Source: Phyllobates terribilis
Lineage: Eukaryota
Direction of reading: 5' to 3'
DNA: 64,000 bases
Assembly (NCBI RefSeq): GCF_046119375.1
Contig: NW_027362764.1
Span: 57,288,001-57,352,000 of the forward strand
Positions 52,813 through 64,000 of the stretch are shown here, in pieces. The notes beneath the pieces were generated by a model that made no database searches, was not told the origin of the DNA, and saw only the letters and a program-made list of their open reading frames with translations. The position numbers and the translations under genes were made by a program. Numbering within the stretch: the first letter of the stretch is position 1; the number at the start of each line of letters is the position of its first letter.

Positions 52813-53494
52813 GCCAGGAGGGGGCATAGTCAAGTCTGGCCGGGAGGGGGCATAGTCGAGTGCGGCCGGGAGGGGACATAGTCGAGTCTGGCCGGGAGGG
52901 GCCATAGTCGAGTCTGGCCGGGAGGGGGCATAGTCGAGTCTGGCCGGGAGGGGGCATAGTCGAGTGCGGCCGGGAGGGGGCATAGTCGAGTCTGGCCGGG
53001 AGGGGGCATAGTCGAGTCTAGCCGGGAGGGGACATAGTCGAGTCTGGCCGGGAGGGGGCATAGTCGAGTGCGGCCGGGAGGGGACATAGTCGAGTCTGGC
53101 CGGGAGGGGGCATAGTCGAGTGCGGCCGGGAGGGGCCATAGTCGAGTGCGGCCGGGAGGGGACATAGTCGAGTCTGGCCGGGAGGGGGCATAGTCGAGTG
53201 CAGCCGGGAGGGGGCATAGTCGAGTCTGGCCGGGAGGGGGCATAGTCGAGTCTGGCCGGGAGGGGGCATAGTCGAGTCTAGCCGGGAGGGGACATAGTCG
53301 AGTCTGGCCGGGAGGGGGCATAGTCGAGTGCGGCCGGGAGGGGGCATAGTCGAGTCTGGCCGGGAGGGGGCATAGTCGAGTCTGGCCGGGAGGGGGCATA
53401 GTCGAGTGCGGCCGGGAGGGGGCATAGTCGAGTGCGGCGGGGAGGGGAAATGGGGAAATAGTCGAGTGCAGCCGGGAGGGGGCATAGTCGAGTC
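52813..53494. repeat. 26-bp G-rich minisatellite (GGCCGGGAGGGGGCATAGTCGAGTCT)
   Basis: About 25 copies. Confidence 0.95.
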
Positions 53495-53870
53495 CGCCCA
53501 ACAAATTCAGCATAATTTACACAACGGGTTTATTTTTATTCTATTTATTCTATACATATTATTTACATATTATTATAGTTATAATATTTATTAAATATAA
53601 TATAAATAAATAATATATATGGGAAAAAAATCAATTTTTTTATTTTTTCCCTACAATTTTTTTTTATCCAAGTAGAGGATACTTTGGTATCATGTTTTCT
53701 TGTGTAAAACTGACATATTGTAAGACCCTGCACCTGGCAATCACCTATTGTGAATGATGAATTCTGTCGTATCCTTGCTTGTGATAATAATGAGATGACA
53801 GATCGTTACAGAACAGGACGTGTCAGTATATTATAAGGCTCAGTGGTCACAATAAAACCTGCAAGATTTC

Positions 53871-53874
<4 letters not shown>

Positions 53875-53941
<67 letters not shown>

Positions 53942-53950
53942 TAGATAGAT
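53875..53950. repeat. (TA)n microsatellite followed by short (GATA)n
   Basis: Direct reading. Confidence 0.95.
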
Positions 53951-55054
53951 AGTAACATGAAAAATTAAAACAAACATCATGCCAAAAAAAGTTGTTTTTT
54001 TTGTTTGTTTTTTTAAATTATCATTATTTTTTAAGTATGTAAATTAAAGAATACCTATGTAGAAATGTGTAAGGCTGAAAATCAATAAAAATACATTCTT
54101 TATTGGATAATATAATAGTTAAAAACATCAAAATAGACATACAAAAGTCAGACATACAAAATAGTAAAGGTAGGTAAGTGATAATAAAAAACTCCCTTGT
54201 GTGAATACTACAAATCATTACAAGGTTATATTGTGTGCAATCACAGTATTGAAGATGGATACTCAGAAGGTACAAGCCAAAGCAGCAAGTGTTGTGTAAG
54301 TAAAGGCCCTTAAAGGTATATATAAATAAAGAGGGATAGAGTGATGTCACATGAAAGTTCTCATAAAGCACAGTGGCATGAAATAAACTTTATATATGAA
54401 AGAAAACGCACCCGACGCTTGTTTCACATCAAGCTTCATCAGGAGCTTATGTAAATGATGTAAAAAATAACAAAGTAGGCACACTCGTCTCAGGTTAGCA
54501 TCACAAGGGGTAAACAAGCCTAATACAAAATATATGTAGTACAATTAAATTAGTCTACAGCTTTAAATAAAAACATCTCAATTAGAGATGAGCAAGTACA
54601 TTTGCAGGATCATGTTAGTATTCTGTGGCCGCTAGATGTGAACCCCTTGAATTGTTCTTACCTGCTGGCATCAATGGCTCCTCTTTTTTAATTAGCTGTC
54701 CTGTCTCAAAATCGCGTGTGCATCACGCTGTGACAATGAAGTTGTGCCAGGCCGGCTAAATAAAAGATGAGCTGGGGATACCGACAAGTTGGAGGTGGTT
54801 TGCAGTACTCCCGTCCAGCGGCCACGGTTACTGACTTCGCCAATGGATCAGGGTCCTGAAAATTGATTTGCTCAACTCTAATTTTAATATAAATTGGCAA
54901 CAAGAAAATGTTTTTCCTGGCAAATCTTGGCCATTTTGTGGTCACCTGATAATTGTATCTAAAGATATTAATGCTTTATATCATTTTCAGTACATCGACA
55001 AGGAGGTGTTAGTCCTATCACTGCCCTCGATGTGGTGTATTCCAGTTATCCACC

Positions 55055-56557
55055 ATGTTATCAGAGACGCTTACCGTTTTCATGCTGAATGATAAGCAGC
55101 TGACAGAGATACCAGATGATGTCTTCAAATCTCCAGACTTAATGTGTTTACGGCTCAACAACAACTCCATCAAGGAGCTTTCACGAGATCTACAATGTCT
55201 CCTCAAACTAGAGATATTGTCCATGGAAGGAAACCTGCTAAGTTGTCTACCTCCAGAAATAGGCCAGCTGACTCAACTCCAAGCCTTAAACCTAAGCCGT
55301 AACCTAATAAGGTGCCTACCAGATGACATATCGCACTTCCAACACATCAAACAGCTCTTTGTCTCCCATAATCATATTACACAATTACCTCCATGTATAG
55401 GAAGCTTAACAACATTGCAAATCCTAGGGTTGAGCGGAAACCACCTGAAGTCGTTGCCAGAGTCAATGTCCAACCTCAAGAACCTGCACATACTGAACCT
55501 AGACTGTAATCAGATGTCCACCTTACCCAAATGCATCTTCAGGCTCCCACAGCTGGTTAAGCTTTGCCTTTGCAGTAACCAGATCAAAAATCTGCCAAAA
55601 GAAATTGGGGACCTGAAGAATCTCCGAGAACTTTTGTTAAGTAAGAATCAGATTGCTTTCTTGCCAGTACAGCTGTATAACTTGACCAATCTGGAAGAAC
55701 TGATCATCGATGATAACCAACTAACTGGATTATCAGACAAGATTGAGCGACTTCAACAGCTCAAAGTTCTCTCCATCGCCAATAATTTATTTCAGATTTT
55801 GAATGAGAAACTCTGTGGTTGTCAATCTATTAAAACCTTAATTCTGACTGGCAATCGATTATGTTCCCTTCCGGAAAAAATCCATAAACTAACCAACTTG
55901 GTGGAGCTTCATGTTGACCGAAACGCGTTGGAGCTTTTACCAGAGCAACTGGCACATTTGAAGCATCTATCAGTAGTGGTCGGCGGAGACAATCATCTGC
56001 TCTATCTCCCGATTGAATTGAATAACTGTTCACAGATAACTAAATTGGACTTGAGTGGTAACCTGTTGACTGAATTCCCCCATGCATTGTCCTCCATGTT
56101 TGCTCTGCTACATTTAAACCTCAGCTATAACGAAATTCAAGAAATTCCCCAAACCATCATTTACAACTCGAAGCTAAAGTTCTTAGAGATGAGTGGAAAT
56201 AAATTACATGAATTTTCAGGATTTGTTTGTACACTTTACCATCTCATTTATTTAGATCTCAGCAAGAATGAGCTTCAAGGAGTCCCACTAAATGTGTCCG
56301 ACATGTTGTCCTTGTGCGATCTTCTACTCCACTCTAATAGGCTGACGCATTTTCCTCCTGAATTGTGCACCTTACAAAGTCTCCAGAGACTCGACCTGTC
56401 GGGAAATCAGATTCAATCTGTTCCTGTGCAGATCCGACAATTGGAATCACTCAAAGAGCTGGACCTTTCCAACAACAATTTCAAGACTTTCCCAAAGGAA
56501 GTGTGCCAAGTTCCAGCACTAGAAACTCTACACATCAGACATGGCAGTGACCTGAAG
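55055..56557 (+). CDS. LRRD1: LRRD1 large LRR exon (501 codons from the ATG)
   Basis: About 20 LxxLxLxxN repeats; CCACCATG Kozak at 55055; donor AAG|GTAAAA at 56557, equivalent to the recalled human boundary; located downstream of KRIT1 as in human. Confidence 0.9.
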
Positions 56558-56851
56558 GTAAAACTCTCATTGAAGCAATGTCTTATTGACTGCAGCCTCG
56601 ATAAATTGTATGGTATTGCATCTTCTACCTCCAAGGGTAAAGATAAAACCATGATGATACCAACGCAGTTGGCATTGATTGCCCGCGCTCAAGGCAAGGC
56701 ACAACAAATATTGTTCCCCTTAACCAAGTATTAATGTCCTGAGTGATCCCTAAAAACGAATATTGCCCCTAATGGAGGAACCTCCAAAAAATAGATGATG
56801 GATTAGCTGATATTTCTGGATTAATGAGACGTGGATTTCGCTTTTCTTCAG

Positions 56852-57050
56852 ATTACAGATCTGCCAGAAGAGATATGTAGAATGAATAATCTTAAAAATC
56901 TGGATATTTCTGACAACGGCATAAAAATCATTCCGGAAAACTTTGGAGGAATGAAAAGTTTAATCAGTATTAAGGCTTCTAATAACCAGATCTCCTGTCT
57001 CCCTGCATCTGTTTCTGCCATAGAGGGTCTCCAGCACCTCAACCTGAACG
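56852..57050 (+). CDS. LRRD1: LRRD1 exon (199 nt): ITDLPEEICRMNNLKNLDISDN...LNLN
   Basis: AG/GT boundaries; in frame; LRR pattern. Confidence 0.9.
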
Positions 57051-57713
57051 GTAGGTAAATTTGTAGCCTCCTGAAGGTAGGGAAATCTGAGCATACTTCT
57101 CGAATTGGGATACATTATAAATTGAAATCTGTAGTATTTATTCATTATAATTGGTAACATACCCTAAAGTTCTTGAAAATGTTTCCATTCTTATCTTTTC
57201 TTTTGGTTCAACATATCCAGAGATGAGTGATTAAAAAAATGATTTAGTGATACTCTGTTAGAGGCAGTTTACGCTATATGTGTCTATATGTAGCCATCCA
57301 GTGGTTATAATGTGAATTGCACCCAGGGTTTCTCTCGCCTGTTGCAATATTCTATTGAAATTTTGTGAGAAATTACAAAATTAGGAAAAAAGGGAGGAAA
57401 AAAACCACGAAGTGCAAATACAAAAATTGTCCATGGAGGGAAGGGTTTGAATTATTTACCTTGAGATTATAGGGACACCCAAAATTTTTCCGTCCATACA
57501 AGACTGAAGGATATGGATAGATATAAACCCATGCGCAGGTATGGAGCTCAGATCTGTCCTTGGATCAATCAGGTCTATCGTAGTCTGGATTTACCATTTG
57601 TTCTGTTGTTTGCATCCTGTGTAATCTGGATATTTTTCATAGGGATTAACCATCTCTATTGCAATGTCTTTGTTCACTTAAGTCTATACTAGTATAATCA
57701 ACAATCTATTTAG

Positions 57714-57875
57714 GCAACAAGCTGACCTCATTGCCCAGCGACATCAACCGTCTGAAGAATCTGAAGCAGATCAGCCTCGATGGTAATCCCATGGTGAAAC
57801 CTCCTGGTCTCGTGTGTGATGGAAAAGAACTGTATCCAATAGGACGGTATATACAGGCGGCCGAGCTGGTGGAAG
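57714..57875 (+). CDS. LRRD1: LRRD1 exon (162 nt): NKLTSLPSDIN...DGNPMVKPPGLVCDGKELYPIGRYIQ
   Basis: AG/GT boundaries; LRR C-cap matching recalled human NPLLRPPVEICKGKQLY. Confidence 0.9.
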
Positions 57876-58258
57876 GTGCGGGATGTTACTGACGGGTTCT
57901 GAAATTCTCAAGTGTTTTCTGAAATCATAGTTTCAGGGTTTAGGTATTTTTTAAGGGGCTGTGCATCTATTCTGCACTATAGATGTCACCTGGCATATCC
58001 TAAATTGAGGGTTAGGCTGTGATTGACTGCCACAGAGACATCAGAGGAGGATCCTCAAGGTGATGAAAATGGTTGCTAATCTGAGAGCAGCATGATGTAG
58101 GGGCTGAGACACTGATTCCAGCGATGTGTCACTTACTTGGCTGTGTTTTGCTGTTTCAATACAATCAGTGTTTTATCAGCGGGAGATTATCACTACAGGA
58201 CTAGGTGTCTCATGACATCAAGTCCTCCTGCTTTGTATAACCCCGTCCATACCACTGA

Positions 58259-58402
58259 TTTATTTATTTATTTTACTAAAGTTATATAGCGCCATTAATT
58301 CCACAGCGCTTTACAGACATTATGGACACTGTCCCCATTGGGGCTCACAACCTACATTCCCTATCAGTACGTCTTTGGAGTGTGGGAGGAAACCAGAGAA
58401 CC
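58259..58402 (-). mobile_element. 3' fragment of a V-SINE/L2-related element
   Basis: TTTGGAGTGTGGGAGGAAACC V-domain-like motif, plus GGCGCTATATAA...AAATAAATAAA tail on the minus strand. Confidence 0.5.
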
Positions 58403-59371
58403 TGATTGGCAGCTTTCTGCCTATGCACAGGAAACTGACAATCGGTGTTATACACAGTTCAACATTTCAAGCTCTGCTAGATCTGCAGCAGAGAAAACTG
58501 TGATTTTATCAAAATTACTGCACCCAGTAAATAAAGTTATATATGGCTGGAGTCAGGGTCTCTGCCCCTACATTACTCTGCTCTCAGATGGGGTAGCATA
58601 AACCTACTGAGAGATTCTCTATAAAGACTATGGACTATTGGGAACCACTAAGTTTCAGTCTGCAATATTTATTTTTTTCCTTCATTTATTTATTCTAGAC
58701 CTCCATGATACAAGTTTAAGATTTTTCTCTTGTGGGAGTGTCTCTCCCAGTAATATAGGCTGGATGTGAAGTCTGTGTTTATCCAGGGTACAGTTGTCTT
58801 CATTAGCTCATATATCAGCACAGCTTCTATCCTGCGCTTATTTCCTCTTCATTCACTGCCTTGGTTTCTCTGCCCTCCCTGAGACTGTATATTCTTTCTC
58901 CTTTCTCCATACTATGGAGATCTGTCTACAACCCTCTCCTTCCTGCTATCTCTTATCTCTTAACACTGAAAGAAGGGAGAGGAGAGCAGAGAGAGCCATC
59001 ACAACCAGGAGCAGGAGCCGTGACGGATTTGTAACATTTTTGTAAAACCATTTGGCTAAAGTACTTCAGCGCACACTGCAACAGCAAAGTGGTAACAAAT
59101 TATAATGAAGGAAAAGTAGAAAGTTACTTAACTTGAATCAGAGACAGGCTGTGTATCACATGTATGTTTCCCAGGACACTTTGCTCCGGTGAATAACGAC
59201 AGCTGTAAATAGTGAAGATATGATAACCTGACTTGTGATGCCACCTGAATAAACCAGAAATATACGTGGTGGCCACATGTCGTGGTCATCTTTAGTTTTT
59301 CACCGTCACGCTACATGTGAATGCATCCGTATTGTTAGGGTAACTACTAAATGTTTTGTCATTTATTCTAG

Positions 59372-59492
59372 ACCGGATCATGCAGAAGATCTTCATGTTG
59401 GTCTCTCGTTCTGTGTTCATAGAAGATTTCGCCTTTTTTTGCAAGAAACTTAAGCTTAAAGATGAAGATGTCAAAATTATATCGAAGAACCG
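59372..59492 (+). CDS. LRRD1: LRRD1 exon (121 nt), start of death domain: RIMQKIFMLVSRSV...FFCKKLKL
   Basis: AG/GT boundaries; aligns with recalled human KILEKIFKIV...FLCQKLNL. Confidence 0.85.
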
Positions 59493-59725
59493 GTAAGAAA
59501 GGAAATTACTATTAAATTATTAAAATCCTTAACGCATTAATTATAAAGTAATAAGAATATTAGGAAACATATTATAAAATTATTACGCACACAAAATACC
59601 CACTTCACTTCCCTAGACTGCCTGGAATATATTAATTTACCCAAAGTCCCCAAAGATTATACCGCTACACTCCTTTACGTGGGGCATTTAGTTAGCGAGC
59701 CAGTACTGTTTATGAGGGGCTACTA

Positions 59726-61387
59726 CAACCCCTGGCAAAAATTATGGAATCACCGGGCTCGGAGGATGTTCATTCAGTTGTTTAATGTTGTTGAAAAAAA
59801 GCAGATCACAGACATGGCACAAAACTAAAGTCATTTCAAATGGCAACTTTAGGGCTTTAAGAAACACTAAAAGAAATCAAGATTAAATATGTGGTACTCA
59901 GTAAGGGTATTTTTTTTTTCAGACCAAGCAGAGGGAAAAAATTCTGGAATCAATCAATTGTGAGGAAAAAATTATGGAATCACCCTGTAAATTTTCATTT
60001 CCAAAACTAGCATCTACATCAAATTAGATCTGCTCGTTAGTCGGCATCTAAAAAGGAGTGATCACACCTTGGAGAGCTGTTGCACCAAGTGGACTGACAT
60101 GTCAATTGAAACAAAGGAGAGGACTATCAAACTCTTAAAAGAAGGTAAATCATCACGCAATGTTGCAAAAGATGTTGGTTGTTCACAGTCAGCTGTGTCT
60201 AAAATCTGGACCAAATACAAACAACATGGGAAGGTTGTTAAAGGCAAACATACTGGTAGACCAAGGAAGACATCAAAGTGTCAAGACCGGAAACTTAAAG
60301 CAATATGTCTCCAAAACAGGAAATGCACAACAAAACAAATGAGTAACGAATGGGCGGAAACTGGAGTCAATGTCTGTGACCGAACTGTAAGAAACCGCCT
60401 AAAGGAAATGGGATTTACATACAGAAAAGCTAAACATAAGCCATCATTAACACCTAAATAGAAAAAAACAAGGTAACAATGGGCTAAGGAAAAGCAATCG
60501 TGGACTGTGAATGACTGGATGAAAGTCATATTCAGTGATGAATCGCGAATCTGCATTGGGCAAGGTGATGCTGGAACTTTTGTTTGGTGTCGTTCCAATG
60601 AGATTTATAAAGATGACTTCATGAAGAGAACATGCAAATTTCCACAGTCATTGATGATATGGGGCTGCATGTCAGGTAAAGGCACTGGGGAGATGGCTGT
60701 CATTACATCTTCAATAAATGCCCAAGTTTACATTGATATTTTGGACAGTTTTCTTATCCCATCAATTGAAAGGATGTTTGGGGATGATGACATCATTTTT
60801 CAAGATGATAATGCATCCTGCCATAGAGCAAAAACGGTGAAAACATTCCCTGAAAGAAGACACATAAGGTCAATGTCATGGTCTGCAAATAGTCCGGATC
60901 TCAATCCAATTGAAAATCTTTGGTGGAAGTTGAAGAAAATGATCCATGACAAGGCTCCAACCTGCAAAGCTGATCTGGCAACAGCAATCAGAGAAAGTTG
61001 GAGCCAGACTGATGAAGAGTACGGTTTGTCACTCATTAAGTCCATGCCTCAGAGACTGCGAGCTGTTATTAAAGCCAGAGGTGGTGCAACAAAATACTAG
61101 TGATGTATTGGAGTGTTCTTTTGTGTGTCTGTTTTTCATGATTCCATCATTTTTTCCTCAGAGTGATTCCATATTTTTTTCCCTCTGCTTGGTCTGAAAA
61201 AATTACCCTTACTGAGTCCCACATTTTTAATCTTGATTTCTTTTAGTGTTTCTTAAAGCCCTAAAGTTGCCATTTGAAATGACTTTAGTTTTTTGCCATG
61301 TCTGTGATCTGCTTTTTTTCAACAACATTAAACAACTGAATGAACATCCTCCGAGCCCGGTGACTCCATAATTTTTGCCAGGGGTTG
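59726..61387 (+). mobile_element. Tc1 (DD34E) transposon, full-length, long ITRs; ORF 60099-61100 with two in-frame stops
   Basis: TA|CAACCCCTGGCAAAAATTATGGA ITRs of about 200 bp with TA TSD; FSDESRI, DDNASCH, DLNPIEN; TAG at 60459 and TAA at 60474. Confidence 0.95.
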
Positions 61388-61430
61388 TATGATCGCTCTT
61401 CTATGAAGGTGCTATCATAGGAGCACTATA

Positions 61431-62952
<1,522 letters not shown>

Positions 62953-63446
62953 TAGGTGTAACATATGGGCTCATTATTTGGGTACTGGATAGCAGCATTA
63001 TTTATTTGTACCCTATGGCAGAGGTATTTGTGTATGTTGTATAGTGATATTTGCTATGTGTACAGTATGGCAGCTTAGTTTGTATATACTGCATGTTGAC
63101 ATTGTTCACATGTAAAAATGGTACTAATTATGTCTATCAAGGGCATTTGCATCTTTATGAATGTGTGATCACCTTGAATAAATACCATGTTCAGACTGTT
63201 TATACTGCTTGTAGTGAGGCTGCATATACGGTCTATTTTAATTGTCACAAGACACATCAATGATAATAGAACAAGTGAGTGAAGAGGGTTAGAAACATGC
63301 AACTGCTCATTGTAAGATTGTAAAGACTGCAACAGCAAACCAATATAATTCTGTATACTATAGGTAAAGAATGAAAGATAGACACAATTATCATGTACCG
63401 TATATATGACAAAATCAGACATATAACAACAATTTTATCATTGGTA

Positions 63447-64000
63447 TTATACTACTGTAATACTGCCCCTATGTACTAGAATATAACTACTATAATACTG
63501 TCCCTATGTACAAGACTATAACTACTATAATACTGTCCCTATGTACAAAAATATAACTACTATAAAACTGCTCTCTATGTACAAGAATATAACTACTATA
63601 ATACTGTCCCTATGTACTAGAATATAACTACTATAATACTGTCCCTATGTACAAGAATATAACTACTATTATACTGCCTCTATGTACAAGAATATAACTG
63701 CTATAATACTGCCCCTATGTACTAGAATATAACTACTATAATACTGTCCCTATGTACTAGAATATAACTACTATAATACTGTCCCTATGTATAAGAATAT
63801 AACTAATATAATACTGCCTCTATGTACAAGAATATAACTGCTATAATACTGCTCCTATGTACAAGAATATAACTACTATAATACTGCCCCTATGTACAAG
63901 AATATAACTACTATAATACTGCTCCTATGTACAAGAATATAACTACTATAATACTGCCCCTATGTACAAGAATATAACTACTATAATACTGCTCTCTATG
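63447..64000. repeat. 35-bp minisatellite (TATAATACTGCCCCTATGTACAAGAATATAACTAC)
   Basis: About 15 copies; runs off the window end. Confidence 0.95.

Noticed and set aside
52576-53594. Pro-rich ORFs of 150-230 aa
   Set aside because: Products of the 26-bp minisatellite
56558-56734. C-terminal part of the 559-aa ORF (VKLSLKQ...LTKY)
   Set aside because: Intron read-through past the donor at 56557; LRR homology resumes at 56852
62990-63120. Candidate LRRD1 terminal exon after acceptor-like GGCAG at about 63020
   Set aside because: Translation does not resemble the death-domain C-terminus; the real exon is probably beyond the window

Overview
Vertebrate genomic DNA, very likely from a frog (inferred from the repeat content; probably a neobatrachian such as a dendrobatid). 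It is not prokaryotic. The window holds a complete KRIT1/CCM1 gene on the + strand (16 coding exons, 20411-35955, 742 aa, all GT-AG and frame-consistent). It also holds the first four coding exons of LRRD1 (+, 55055-59492; terminal exon not found in the window) and a CpG-rich, probably bidirectional promoter at about 0.5-1.35 kb. That promoter should be shared with ANKIB1 on the - strand, matching the human ANKIB1/KRIT1/LRRD1 order as I recall it. The rest is densely repetitive: two DIRS tyrosine-recombinase retrotransposons plus a third gag remnant, a decayed Tx1-like LINE, six Tc1-superfamily copies (one DD38E), a non-autonomous hAT, a probable solo LTR, many MITEs, and about a dozen minisatellite arrays, two of which fill whole KRIT1 introns. 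I found no clearly new biological system. The best leads are: a possible in-frame upstream ATG giving an N-terminally extended KRIT1; a 7.4-kb transposon stack nested inside an 86-bp satellite; a gag-less DIRS with both ITRs lying next to a gag-only remnant; a CpG-saturated 36-bp VNTR; and a near-perfect 86-bp intronic hairpin. All family assignments come from motif recognition and recall, not from database searches.
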